Source: an uncultured Leptospirales bacterium
Lineage (GTDB): Bacteria; Spirochaetota; UBA4802; JAFGDQ01
Length of the DNA stretch: 64,000 nt
Assembly: GCA_964626055.1 (NCBI GenBank)
Contig: CAZVDF010000005.1
Span: 6,057-70,056 of the forward strand
Direction: 5' to 3'
Part shown: in pieces, positions 39,197-49,324 of the stretch
Position numbering within the stretch: position 1 is the first letter of the stretch
Layout of the letters: every line of letters begins with the position of its first letter
The notes under the pieces: model-generated
Databases searched by the model: none
Told to the model about the DNA's origin: nothing
What the model saw: only the letters and a program-made list of their open reading frames with translations
Program-made: the position numbers and the translations under genes

Positions 39197-39850
39197 ATGA
39201 TTGAAAATAAAGCATGGGATACTCATTATACCAGAGCCAAGTCTGTTTTACTTTATCCCGACGAAAATCTCATAAGAATACTCAGAAGCTTTCTTTCCGA
39301 TAAAACGCGGGAAGAGATCGAATCGCTGGTTTCAATTGATCTCGGATGCGGTACAGGCCGTCATCTTAAACTCCTTCATGAATCCGGCATCAAAGATATA
39401 ATCGGGCTTGATACAAGTTCGAACGCGCTGAAAATCTGTAAAGAACTCTATCCTTTTAAACTTGTTCGGGCAAGCAATAATTCAATGCCATTCAGGGATT
39501 CCTGTTTTGATATTGCAATAACCTGGGGATCTCTTCATTACTGCGCCAAAGATATGCTGCCGGCACAGTTTGTGGAAATACATCGCGTCCTTAAAAATGG
39601 CGGCTGCCTGTTCGGAACGCTTCGTTCGGAAATGGATACATATTTAAAAAAAGGCAGACATATGGGAAATGATACGTGGATCACCGATCTTGAAGATATT
39701 AAAAATTCAGTAGTTTCTTTTTATAGTGAGAATGAACTAATATCCATGATGGAAATTTTCAGCAGGTTTCAATACGGTATAATAGAAAGAACTCTGATCG
39801 GCGATATAAAGAAAAGAATTTCGCACTGGATTTTTCGGGCCGAGAAATAG
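39197..39850 (+). CDS. Class I SAM-dependent methyltransferase
   Basis: Motif I IDLGCGTGRH. Size and fold pattern are consistent with a small-molecule or RNA methyltransferase. Confidence 0.6.
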   Translation: MIENKAWDTHYTRAKSVLLYPDENLIRILRSFLSDKTREEIESLVSIDLGCGTGRHLKLLHESGIKDIIGLDTSSNALKICKELYPFKLVRASNNSMPFRDSCFDIAITWGSLHYCAKDMLPAQFVEIHRVLKNGGCLFGTLRSEMDTYLKKGRHMGNDTWITDLEDIKNSVVSFYSENELISMMEIFSRFQYGIIERTLIGDIKKRISHWIFRAEK

Positions 39851-39853
39851 ATA

Positions 39854-40759
39854 ATGAATAAACGGTTTGATCCAAAATTATTTAATAAACCACTGACCGG
39901 ATGCCCGCTTTGCAGAAGCAGAAATATCAGGAATCACTTTATTATAGAAAAATACATACCGAATTTTAAAATCGATATATGCTCGGACTGCGGATTTATT
40001 TTTATGAATCCGCGGTTCAAAGACAGTATCATTAAAGAAATGTACGATGAAGCTTATTACAGCGGCAATGCGGAATATTCATATTATGACGAAAGGCAAG
40101 CTATTAAATATTCAGAGTACGTCTGGAAAAAGAGAATAAATAAAATCAGGCATTATGCGGCAGGCGGAAATTTCCTGGATATCGGCTGCGCTTTCGGCGG
40201 ATTTATAAAATGTGCGTCGGAATATTATATCCCATTCGGAATCGAGTTTTCCGGGTATTCCGGCAATTATGCTAAAACCTTATTCGGCAATAACATACAT
40301 ATCGGAACACTCAACGATCATCCATTTAAATCCGGTTTTTTTTCGGTTATTACGATGATCGAACTTCTTGAACATTTAAGCGATCCGTCTGCGGCGGTTT
40401 CGGAATGTTTTCGTCTTTTAAAAGCCGGCGGTCTGCTGGTTATCCAGACGGCGAATATGGACGGGCTACAGGCAAGCCTTTTAAAGAATAGATATGCGTA
40501 TTTTATGCCGGGGCATGTATCATATTTCACAAAAAAAAATCTTATAAATTTGCTTGCAAGAGCCGGTTTTAAAAAAATAGAAATATTTTATCCGGTAGAA
40601 TTCGGATTACTGCCTAAGCTGAAAAAATCCAGGCACGGGTTTAAATGCCGAAAGGATTATCTTAAATGGCTTAGAATAACATATTATCACCTGATAAGCA
40701 AGGTGAGATTCTGTAATTTCGCCATGACAAGCTCCATGGTGATTTATGCGGTAAAATAA
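39854..40759 (+). CDS. SAM-dependent methyltransferase with an N-terminal Cys4 zinc ribbon
   Basis: CPLC...CSDC pairs at the N-terminus, motif I FLDIGCAFGGF and an acidic post-II MIELLEH. It follows the previous methyltransferase with a 3-nt gap. Confidence 0.6.
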   Translation: MNKRFDPKLFNKPLTGCPLCRSRNIRNHFIIEKYIPNFKIDICSDCGFIFMNPRFKDSIIKEMYDEAYYSGNAEYSYYDERQAIKYSEYVWKKRINKIRHYAAGGNFLDIGCAFGGFIKCASEYYIPFGIEFSGYSGNYAKTLFGNNIHIGTLNDHPFKSGFFSVITMIELLEHLSDPSAAVSECFRLLKAGGLLVIQTANMDGLQASLLKNRYAYFMPGHVSYFTKKNLINLLARAGFKKIEIFYPVEFGLLPKLKKSRHGFKCRKDYLKWLRITYYHLISKVRFCNFAMTSSMVIYAVK

Positions 40760-40857
40760 CTGCCTTGACTAAATATAAAAATGAAATTATAATAATAATT
40801 ATTCTGCTGATAACGCGCGTGCTAAGATTTTTCAAACCGGGGGTAGAATAAAAGAAT

Positions 40858-41517
40858 ATGATAAATATCATGGAAGATAGGATAAAGGCTGCCGTGAATG
40901 AGATTTTAGAGCTCAGGGAAGACAGGTTTAATTTAGTAAAATATACAGATGATATAATCGCTTATGTTCTCAACCGGGTCCCGCCAAGATATATTACCAG
41001 CGAAAGAGGCTTCGTCCATAATGAGATCGATTACTCGATGAATACCCAGTTGCAGGCGGACATTCGTTTTTGTGTGAACGATGCGATCAGGACATTATCC
41101 CAGAGGCGCGAGCCGGATCAGCATTCCGGATTATCGGTAGAAAAAATACTCGGAAAGCATTATTATTTCCCCTATATTGTCGGGGAGGTGCTGGAAGAAT
41201 CGACTTTCAGTGTAATTCCCGATGTAGAAGTTCAGCTGATATATAATGATTTCCCGGTACCTATGATCGATCCGGGATGGTCTAATCCGTATTATACATC
41301 AAAATCGACCAAGGGCTTTTTCCTATTCTGGCCGGATTATCTTACCGGCGAAATGAGCCCGTCTGCAGATAATATTTTTAAACTGATCTTTCGCCATAGA
41401 AAATTTTACAAGAAGGAACTGTCATTTCCGCTGAGAGCACTCGATAAATTTAATTATAACAAATCGCATATAGTGCCGTTAGCGCTCTTAACTCTTCAGG
41501 TCGGAGAAAATATATAA
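40858..41517 (+). CDS. Hypothetical protein with an N-terminal ComFB-like domain
   Basis: DDIIAYVLNRVPPRYITSERG resembles the ComFB core (ALALN.LPP.Y). The remaining ~120 aa are unassigned. Confidence 0.4.
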   Translation: MINIMEDRIKAAVNEILELREDRFNLVKYTDDIIAYVLNRVPPRYITSERGFVHNEIDYSMNTQLQADIRFCVNDAIRTLSQRREPDQHSGLSVEKILGKHYYFPYIVGEVLEESTFSVIPDVEVQLIYNDFPVPMIDPGWSNPYYTSKSTKGFFLFWPDYLTGEMSPSADNIFKLIFRHRKFYKKELSFPLRALDKFNYNKSHIVPLALLTLQVGENI

Positions 41518-41661
41518 CCGGTTAATTATCCTTTGCACTTGACTTTTACATTTATATTTTCTATATAGGTATACAAATACTTTTTACAAACGCTGAATCC
41601 GAAGAAAAACTGCGAAATATCGAACCGGTGATCCGGGCAGGGATGACACAAGAACAAGTTT

Positions 41662-42747
41662 ATGGATAAAAAAAATATTTCAAGCCTGAGCGAAGAAATT
41701 ATTAATAATTTTCCTACCGGAATTTTTGTAATTAATCCATCCGGCGACGTTTTAATTGAAAATCCGGCATTAAATAATATTTTTGGTTATGAAGCGAAAC
41801 ATTCAAATATAGCTGTTGAGATCTACAACTATATCAAGTCGGATCCCGGCCTGCTGCAGCATATGGATAATGCGATAAACAATAAAAAAGCGGTTAAAAT
41901 TGACAGCATTAAATATCTGCTGCATGATAAAAAAACCGAAAGGATACTGGATATCAGGATTGTTCCGATTCTGGATCAGGAAAAGAAAATTAAATATTTT
42001 TTCTTTTTAGTCGAAGATATGACAGAACATAAGTTACTGGACAATAAACTCCATCGCGCTGAAAGACTTTCTGCTATGGGGATTTTGGCTTCCGGGATAG
42101 CGGAAGAAATAAAATGGCCGCTAAGCCATATCATGATGAATCTGGATTTCGTTGAAAGAAATACAAGCGAAGACAGCCATGTAAAATCCTATTTGCAGGC
42201 AATTAAAGACGACCTGAGCAGGATAAAATTCGTCTCCAAGCAGATCATGGATCTCTCATTACCCAACCGGGAGGATGACAGGGACGTTTACGAGATAAAT
42301 AAGCTGTTTTCGTCTCAGCCTATAAAAGTAAAGTTAAAAGTGCTGAAAGAAAGAGGAATCAGCATGAAAACAGTCCTCCCTGAAATTTCACCGAAAATCA
42401 GAGCAAGCGAAAATCAGCTTATACAGGCAATGACCCATATTATTCAAAATGCCGCGGAAGCAATGCCTGATGAAGGCGCCCTTCTGCTTTCCGTTCATCT
42501 GGATAAAGAGAACGGCAATGAAATGGTGGTAATTACAATTGCAGATACCGGTTTTGGTATTTCCGAAGAGAATTTTGCAAATATTTTTAAACCGTTTTTT
42601 ACGACAAAAGGACAGGGCGCTACCGGGTTGGGACTGATGGTGGCATATTCCATTATAGATAATCTCGGCGGAGCTATCGGGATTAAAAGCAAACCAGGCG
42701 TTGGAACAACAGTAAGGATAGTACTGCCTGCGTATACTGCCGGCTAA
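41662..42747 (+). CDS. PAS-domain sensor histidine kinase (cytoplasmic)
   Basis: PAS segment, a HisKA helix with the phospho-His (RAERLSAMGILASGIAEEIKWPLSH), and an HATPase_c with G-boxes (DTGFGI, GTGLGL). Confidence 0.75.
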   Translation: MDKKNISSLSEEIINNFPTGIFVINPSGDVLIENPALNNIFGYEAKHSNIAVEIYNYIKSDPGLLQHMDNAINNKKAVKIDSIKYLLHDKKTERILDIRIVPILDQEKKIKYFFFLVEDMTEHKLLDNKLHRAERLSAMGILASGIAEEIKWPLSHIMMNLDFVERNTSEDSHVKSYLQAIKDDLSRIKFVSKQIMDLSLPNREDDRDVYEINKLFSSQPIKVKLKVLKERGISMKTVLPEISPKIRASENQLIQAMTHIIQNAAEAMPDEGALLLSVHLDKENGNEMVVITIADTGFGISEENFANIFKPFFTTKGQGATGLGLMVAYSIIDNLGGAIGIKSKPGVGTTVRIVLPAYTAG

Positions 42748-42852
42748 GAATTACTTTTAGGTTTTTCCGTCTTTTCGGGCGGGATCGGCAGATACATTAT
42801 TATACGGAAGTTTCGGAACGCACTTTGAGCAAATAAATAAGAATATATATAT

Positions 42853-44418
42853 ATGAGCGATAAAGAAAACAATTCACATCCTGATGATATGTATTATACT
42901 ATCGAATCCAGACTTAAAAATGACGGATACTTTGTGTTCTCGCACGATGAAATAAAAAGTCAGGGGAACAATAATATTTTCAAGCGAATGCCGTATATTT
43001 CGGAACAGATTATTGAGCCGAAATTGTTTGAAAATCAGGAAATGCCGGAGAGAAGAATTCCGGAAAATAAGAGCGCAGAAACGGAACCTTCCGACCGTGC
43101 GCAGAATTTAATACTCGGGTATATTAAAGACCATGCCAAGCCGGAAAGAAAGATAGATGACGCTCAATACGATGTACTGACAATCATATCCAACTTGCAG
43201 TATCATATGCAGAGGATTTCGCGCAATGTAGTAGGACGCGAAGAAATAATACAGCAGCTGATGTATGCCGTACTCACCGGCGAGCATATGCTTCTTATGT
43301 CAAGGACGGGGATGGCTAAATCCTATCTCGCAAATGAAGTATTTAACTCATTCGAGAATATAAGAATATTTTCCGCGCAGGCCAGCAAGGACCAGACGCC
43401 GGATAACTATTTCGGTCCTTATGATATCGAACAATTTAAGAGGGGTATAATAAGGCATAATATAAAAGGATCGATTATCGAGGCGAACCTTGTGCTCCTG
43501 GACGAATTCTTCGATGCAAGCGACGTTGTTCTGAGGTCACTGCTTTCAGTATTGAATGAAAGAAAGTTTATCAACGGTTCCGAGCAGATAGATGTGGCAA
43601 TTCATACCGCTATTGCGACGGCCAACTATCTGAGACTCAACGAAGTAACGGAAGCGGTACTTGACCGATTTTTATACAAAGCAATTATTCCCGAAGACAA
43701 CGACATGTACAATAGTCTGCTCATAGACAAAGCGTATTCCTCAAGAAAAGGAAAACCTGAAGACCCGGGCAGGAAGATCCCGTTCGATCAGATCTTATTT
43801 GTCCAGAATATAATTAGAAATAACTATAAGCAGATAAAAATTAATTATCCCGATTCCGTCAAATTTATGAAAAATGTGGTTATCAACAAATTTACTTCGG
43901 AAATCAGAAAAAGCGAACCGGAATTTTTTATAAGCCCCAGGAAACAGGCAAAGATGTCGGATTTCCTCAGGGCGTCCGCCATGCTTGATAACCGCAGCGA
44001 GGTTACTTTGCAGGATTTAAGAAATATGTATTTTGCGCTTGTTACGCTTAACAGGTATATTTCAGTAAAACAGAAGGAAAAACAGTTTAAAGATGTTTTT
44101 ATAGACGCATATGAACAGACAATGTCCCATTTTAAGGCCACTAACGCCTTTCAGCAGATCGATTTCCTGCTGAATATAAAAAGTATATTCCAGGTTTTGA
44201 GAGAGGACCCGGGGAAAAAGGAAAGATTGCACGAAGAAAAAGGACTGCTCCAGGGAGTGAAAGCCCTTTTCATGAAAATTTTCCCGCTTAAGAGGGATGA
44301 TGAAAATATAACGACAGTCGATTCGCTGAAAAAAAGCGTTATTGATCTAAATCCGGCTGTTGAAGAAGTAAGGGATTTAAAGCAGGGGATTCTTCGCGAT
44401 TATAAAGATATTTATTGA
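42853..44418 (+). CDS. MoxR/RavA-like AAA+ ATPase with a ~130-aa N-terminal extension
   Basis: VVGREEIIQQLMYAVLTGEHMLLMSRTGMAKS (a RavA-type P-loop whose first Gly is replaced), Walker B LVLLDEFFDAS, and the MoxR hallmark AVLDRFL. Confidence 0.7.
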   Translation: MSDKENNSHPDDMYYTIESRLKNDGYFVFSHDEIKSQGNNNIFKRMPYISEQIIEPKLFENQEMPERRIPENKSAETEPSDRAQNLILGYIKDHAKPERKIDDAQYDVLTIISNLQYHMQRISRNVVGREEIIQQLMYAVLTGEHMLLMSRTGMAKSYLANEVFNSFENIRIFSAQASKDQTPDNYFGPYDIEQFKRGIIRHNIKGSIIEANLVLLDEFFDASDVVLRSLLSVLNERKFINGSEQIDVAIHTAIATANYLRLNEVTEAVLDRFLYKAIIPEDNDMYNSLLIDKAYSSRKGKPEDPGRKIPFDQILFVQNIIRNNYKQIKINYPDSVKFMKNVVINKFTSEIRKSEPEFFISPRKQAKMSDFLRASAMLDNRSEVTLQDLRNMYFALVTLNRYISVKQKEKQFKDVFIDAYEQTMSHFKATNAFQQIDFLLNIKSIFQVLREDPGKKERLHEEKGLLQGVKALFMKIFPLKRDDENITTVDSLKKSVIDLNPAVEEVRDLKQGILRDYKDIY

Positions 44419-44527
44419 TTCATACACCGTTATGTTTTTCCGGCTGATAATTCTAAAAATTTAATGCGACGGTACAGCAACCGATTTTAAAACAATATTT
44501 AACCTTGCAGTCTTTTTATATATTTCA

Positions 44528-46165
44528 ATGACAACTCATATCCGTACTCCGAATTTTTTTGAATATTGGGAAACGCTCGGTTTCTTCGATAATTTACAGA
44601 TGACGCTGCCGCGTGAGTTTTTTCTTCTTTTCGATATCGCCCGCCTGATAGCGTCGCAGGCTGAATCCTCGGAAGCCACCGATGCAATCGATGAATTATC
44701 AAAAACGCACGTCGTTGAACCTTATGATAAAACTAAGAGCATTGCGATAAACAGATTGGAAAAGAATGTCGCATTAGGCGATAAGATGGAAATTGAGAAT
44801 TATAAAACTATTTACGATCTGAAAAAAGCGCTTCCGCGAGAGCTTTTTCTGGAAAAGCAGGTATTCAATATCAAGCTCTTTACTAAAACACTCCAGGTGC
44901 AGAAACATTTCGATACGGATACCGATAAATTTATTCATATATCCCCGATAAAGAACGACAGGGGAAGGAATAAGACCAGATTCGATCAGAAATTTTTTCT
45001 ACTACTGGATAGATCCCGTTCAATGGACAACAGAATGAGATCTTTTTTTTCGAAAAGTATTGTTGTTGAATTTTTGCGAAGAAAACTGAACAGCAACGCC
45101 AAATTATTCTACAGGGCATTTGATTCAAAGCCTGGATCCTTAATGAAAATAGAGGACAAAGAAGATTTCCCGGCTCTGATAGAAAAAGTACTATTCACTA
45201 CGACCGGCGGAACAAGCACAAATATGCAGGCAGCGATATTCCAGGCTATTGACGATATAAGTTATGACAAGGAGATGGCGGATGCGGAAATCCTGGTTGT
45301 CACGGACGGGCTTGTGCACGATCTGGACATAGAAAGAATGAAGGAAGAATTGAAGGATATTAAACTAAATATTTTAAAGATCGGGCGTGATCTGGCAGAA
45401 CCGGATAATTATCAGATTAAGAAATTGTTAACTGATGCCGGATACGATTTCGATCCGTTCTCGGTAAGTATTAAGGAAATAAAGAAAAAACTTTCAAACG
45501 ACGGCGGTAGAGAAAATATCAAACCTCTGACCAATGTTGAACAGAGAATATTTAAATATATGCTGGAATGTTCTGAAAAGATCATCAGTGATATAAAAAA
45601 AATTTCATTCAGATTTATCGAGATTGACGATATTAATTCTTCTTCTCTTATTGAGCTGAGCGAAGAAACGGCTAAATTTATCGAAACAGCGGTAAAGGAA
45701 TTAAAAAATACCGATCTAAGCGATAAAACCATTCAGGAACGTTCGATAATTTACAAGAAGGTCTATTTCTTAAGCCAGTACATTGAATTCCTTTTGAAAT
45801 CCGGCAAAGATAAAAATAATCCTCTTCTTGAAAACTCGGCAAAAGAACTTTTTTTGATGAAAGAGGCAATGTTAAGCGATCCCAGCCTCTTCGATATTAT
45901 TATGAGAACAAAAGGATTTGAAGAAGATAAAAAAATATTAAAATCAGTAAAAAAAACGGCCAGGAAAAATCTCAAAGAAATGAATCTTAAAAAGAAAAAT
46001 TTAACCAGGGATGAGATTAAGAATGCGCAGATGGTTTTTTCCATGGGTTCTGTCGGAGATTCGGGTAATTTCGGGCAATTGATCCGTATTTTAATTATAA
46101 AATTATGGGAGTTCCTGAAGGCATCAATAAAAAAACTTCTCGATCATATCGGACATCATGATTAA
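44528..46165 (+). CDS. VWA-domain protein (ViaA-like partner of the MoxR ATPase)
   Basis: MIDAS DxSxS in FFLLLDRSRSMDN, a downstream T (TTTGGTST) and DG (VVTDGLVHD). Long Lys/Glu-rich C-terminal extension. Confidence 0.65.
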   Translation: MTTHIRTPNFFEYWETLGFFDNLQMTLPREFFLLFDIARLIASQAESSEATDAIDELSKTHVVEPYDKTKSIAINRLEKNVALGDKMEIENYKTIYDLKKALPRELFLEKQVFNIKLFTKTLQVQKHFDTDTDKFIHISPIKNDRGRNKTRFDQKFFLLLDRSRSMDNRMRSFFSKSIVVEFLRRKLNSNAKLFYRAFDSKPGSLMKIEDKEDFPALIEKVLFTTTGGTSTNMQAAIFQAIDDISYDKEMADAEILVVTDGLVHDLDIERMKEELKDIKLNILKIGRDLAEPDNYQIKKLLTDAGYDFDPFSVSIKEIKKKLSNDGGRENIKPLTNVEQRIFKYMLECSEKIISDIKKISFRFIEIDDINSSSLIELSEETAKFIETAVKELKNTDLSDKTIQERSIIYKKVYFLSQYIEFLLKSGKDKNNPLLENSAKELFLMKEAMLSDPSLFDIIMRTKGFEEDKKILKSVKKTARKNLKEMNLKKKNLTRDEIKNAQMVFSMGSVGDSGNFGQLIRILIIKLWEFLKASIKKLLDHIGHHD

Positions 46166-46225
46166 TTCGAATATTATTAACTTATCTGCTTCTTCGCAAT
46201 CAACTCATTATCCGATAAGCTTTAT

Positions 46226-46370
46226 TTCAAGGCGTAATACCTCGACGCTTGCGTCGAGGATGTAAGCCTATCGATTTGCGGAGCAAATCGATAACGCCTT
46301 GAAACATAATACCCCGCCGACACCGAAGGTGGCGGCCGGTACGTCAGTACCGGGGGCTTGCCCCGGGGAA
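46226..46370. other. GC-rich multi-hairpin intergenic element (candidate structured ncRNA)
   Basis: The outer 10-bp stem ttcaaggcgt/acgccttgaa (46226-46303) encloses hairpins cctcgacg-cttg-cgtcgagg and atcgatttgc-gga-gcaaatcgat. Further hairpins follow: ccggtac-gtca-gtaccgg and cggggg-cttg-ccccgg. The GC content is far above the local background. Confidence 0.35.
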
Positions 46371-46433
46371 TTTCATTGAAATAGTATTTAAAATTTAGTA
46401 TATTAAAAATAGCTAAAATAAAACATTATTTAA

Positions 46434-46877
46434 TTGATATTTTTAATGATAAAAAAATATATTTTCTTAATTATACTTCTACAGCTATTTTTAATAGAAT
46501 GTTCCGCACCTGTAACAACACAGAAAAAAGCCGACAAAGCCCCGGGTATTGTATACGGATGCGTAGAAGGCAATTGTACTGACGGCATCGGAACATTTAC
46601 ATGGGAGAACGGCAGCAGGTATGCGGGAGAGTTTAAAAATGGGAATATGCACGGGCAGGGGACGTTTTTCTTCGGCGGAAGCCGGATCGGAATAAAATAT
46701 ATCGGAGAATTTAAGAACGGATTTATTGACGGTATAGGCACCTGGACATGGCCGAATGGCGATAAATACGTTGGCGAGAGCAAATTTAACAATATGCATG
46801 GGAATGGAACTTATTATTTCAATGACGGCACAGTTAAAAAAGGGAAATGGTTTAATGATAAATATATTGAAGAATGA
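46434..46877 (+). CDS. MORN-repeat secreted protein
   Basis: Signal peptide, then about five MORN repeats (Y.GE.KNG..HG.GT...NG..Y.G.F). Confidence 0.7.
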   Translation: MIFLMIKKYIFLIILLQLFLIECSAPVTTQKKADKAPGIVYGCVEGNCTDGIGTFTWENGSRYAGEFKNGNMHGQGTFFFGGSRIGIKYIGEFKNGFIDGIGTWTWPNGDKYVGESKFNNMHGNGTYYFNDGTVKKGKWFNDKYIEE

Positions 46878-46940
46878 TATTTTTTATTTCTGTATTCCTG
46901 TTTTTTAGCTATATCCGAACTTCTCGGGAAGTTTTTATAA

Positions 46941-46978
46941 AAAAACGGGGCTTAAATACAAGCCCCGTTTTTGTTTTC
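46941..46978. terminator. Bidirectional Rho-independent terminator between the MORN gene (+) and acs (-)
   Basis: aaaaacggggctt-aaatac-aagccccgttttt with A/T tracts on both sides. Confidence 0.6.
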
Positions 46979-47010
46979 AAAGATTAATGGAGATTGTCAG
47001 TTGTAGTTAC

Positions 47011-49008
47011 TTATTTGCTACCCTGAACTTCTTTTGCGCCGCTGATCATCGTGTCGACCACAGTCGGATCGGCAAGAGTTGAAGTGTCGCCCATGCCTTT
47101 CCTGTCGAAATCGCCTGCTGCGACTTTCTTTAAAATCCTTCTCATGATCTTTCCTGAACGTGTCTTCGGCAGAACGTCCGCCCACTGAATAAGTTCTGGA
47201 GTCGCGATCGGGCCGATCTCTTTTCTGACAGTAGCAATGAGATCTTTTTTAAGCTGATCGGTTTTCTCCACGCCTGTCTTTAAGGTAACGAATGCGTATA
47301 TCGACTGGCCTTTGATCGCATGCGGGTAGCCTACTACAGCAGCTTCCGCAACGCTTGTATGAGCGACAAGAGCGGATTCGATTTCAGCTGTTCCCATTCT
47401 GTGACCGGATACGTTGATAACATCGTCGACGCGGCCCGTGATCTGATAGTATCCGTCTTTGTCTCTCTTGGAACCGTCGCCTGTGAAGTAATTGCCCGGG
47501 AACTGGGCAAAGTAAGTATTGAAGAATCTTTCATTGCCTTTATCTCCGTAAACGCCTATCATCTGTCCAGGCCATGATTGACCTATGCAAAGATTGCCTG
47601 TGCAAACTCCCTGTAGTTCTTTACCGTCGTCATCGACAATCAGCGGTTTAACGCCCATGAATGGGACTGTCGCCATCGCCGGTTTTATGTCAATTGCGCC
47701 CGGGAGCGGAGTGATAAGAATTCCGCCGGTTTCTGTCTGCCACCATGTATCTACGATCGGGCACTCGCCTCTTCCTATTTTATTGTAATACCAGTTCCAT
47801 GCTTCGGGATTGAGAGGCTCGCCAACCGATCCCATACATTTTATTGAAGATATATCGTGTTTTTCGACCCATGAGTCGCCTTCTTTCGCAATAGCTCTAA
47901 TAGCTGTAGGAGCAGTGTAGAAAATATTTACTTTATATTTCTCGACGACTGCCCAGAACCTGTCCGGGCTCGGATAGTTCGGAACGCCTTCGAACATGAG
48001 TGTCGTTGCGCCGTTGCATAGAGGGCCGTATACTATGTATGAGTGTCCGGTTACCCAGCCGACGTCTGCCGTGCACCAGTATATGTCTCCATCGTGATAA
48101 TCAAATATCAATTTATGCGTATAGGCTACGAATGTGAGATAGCCGCCTGTCCCGTGCATAACTCCTTTCGGCTTTCCTGTCGATCCCGATGTATAAAGAA
48201 TGAATAGCGGGTCTTCCGCGTCCATCTGTTCTGGTTCGCATTTGGCGTCAACCTTTGCCATTTCTTCATGCCACCATTTGTCTGTTTTGGAATTCCATTT
48301 GCATTCAACGCCTTTCCCTTTACCGACTCTTTCCACAACAAAGTGAACTTTAACGTTCGGGCACTCTTTTAAAGCTTTATCCGCATTGTCCTTCTGAGGA
48401 ACAGCTTTTGCTCCCCTGAAAGTACCGTCGCATGATACCAGGTATCTGCTGTCGCTATCCAGAATCCTGTCCCTTAATGCTTCGGCTGAGAATCCGCCGA
48501 ATACAACAGTATGTATTGCTCCTATTCTTGTACATGCCAGAATACCTATTGCAAGTTCGGGGATCATGGGGAGGAAGAAAGAAACTCTATCTCCTTTTTT
48601 TACACCGTTTGCTTTTAAAACATTGGCAAATTTGCATACTTGCTCATGAAGCTGTTTGTAGGTGAATTTTTTATCTTCGCCTGGCTCATTGCCTTCCCAG
48701 ATCAAAGCTACCTGATTTCCTCTTTTCTCTAAATGTCTGTCGAGGCAGTTGTAAGATACATTCAATTTGCCTTTCGAAAACCAGCTTACTTTCAGGTCTT
48801 TGGGAGTTTTGCCAAATTTGCAATCATATACTTTGTCCCATTTTTTGAACCATGTTACGTATTCTTCCGCGATTTTAGCCCAGAAAGCGTTCGGATCCTT
48901 CATTGATTCATTCCATATCTTTTCGTAATCCGCGCGGCTTTTTATATATGCCTTATTTCTGAACTTTTCCGGAACTTTGTAAATTTCCTTAAGAGTAACT
49001 TCGGCCAT
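47011..49008 (-). CDS. acs: Acetyl-CoA synthetase
   Basis: 665 aa with the AMP-binding motif [11 protein letters not shown], the Acs signature WWQTETG and a C-terminal lid with the catalytic Lys (SGKIMRR). Confidence 0.9.
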   Translation of the reverse strand: MAEVTLKEIYKVPEKFRNKAYIKSRADYEKIWNESMKDPNAFWAKIAEEYVTWFKKWDKVYDCKFGKTPKDLKVSWFSKGKLNVSYNCLDRHLEKRGNQVALIWEGNEPGEDKKFTYKQLHEQVCKFANVLKANGVKKGDRVSFFLPMIPELAIGILACTRIGAIHTVVFGGFSAEALRDRILDSDSRYLVSCDGTFRGAKAVPQKDNADKALKECPNVKVHFVVERVGKGKGVECKWNSKTDKWWHEEMAKVDAKCEPEQMDAEDPLFILYTSGSTGKPKGVMHGTGGYLTFVAYTHKLIFDYHDGDIYWCTADVGWVTGHSYIVYGPLCNGATTLMFEGVPNYPSPDRFWAVVEKYKVNIFYTAPTAIRAIAKEGDSWVEKHDISSIKCMGSVGEPLNPEAWNWYYNKIGRGECPIVDTWWQTETGGILITPLPGAIDIKPAMATVPFMGVKPLIVDDDGKELQGVCTGNLCIGQSWPGQMIGVYGDKGNERFFNTYFAQFPGNYFTGDGSKRDKDGYYQITGRVDDVINVSGHRMGTAEIESALVAHTSVAEAAVVGYPHAIKGQSIYAFVTLKTGVEKTDQLKKDLIATVRKEIGPIATPELIQWADVLPKTRSGKIMRRILKKVAAGDFDRKGMGDTSTLADPTVVDTMISGAKEVQGSK

Positions 49009-49038
49009 AACACTTCTCCTTGAAATTTTTTATTATAT

Positions 49039-49059
49039 AAATATTGAAGTTCAATATTT
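49039..49059. promoter_or_regulatory. Perfect 9-1-9 palindrome about 30-50 nt upstream of the acs start codon (candidate operator)
   Basis: aatattgaa-g-ttcaatatt lies inside the AT-rich acs promoter region. Confidence 0.3.
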
Positions 49060-49324
49060 GCGTAATTAATATCTGGCGTAATTTTGCCATTTCTAAAATG
49101 AATAAGGATGCAAAGTCAAATGAAATCAAAATAATAGTTGATTTAATATAGTTTTTCATTAAAAAACGAAACCGATTTTATATAAGGCCTGCTAAAAGGT
49201 GATGGGGATATCCTTTTTATAAGAAAAAGCCGCATTTATACAAAAAATAATTAGAGTGCTGAAAAAGTCAAGGTGAAAATCAAAAAAATAAATAAATTGA
49301 TTTTATATTATTTATTATTAACAT

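Noticed and set aside
46226-46303. Cloverleaf-like three-way junction considered as a tRNA or tRNA-like gene
   Set aside because: It has no T-loop GTTC, no anticodon-arm geometry, no CCA-compatible acceptor, and only two internal arms.
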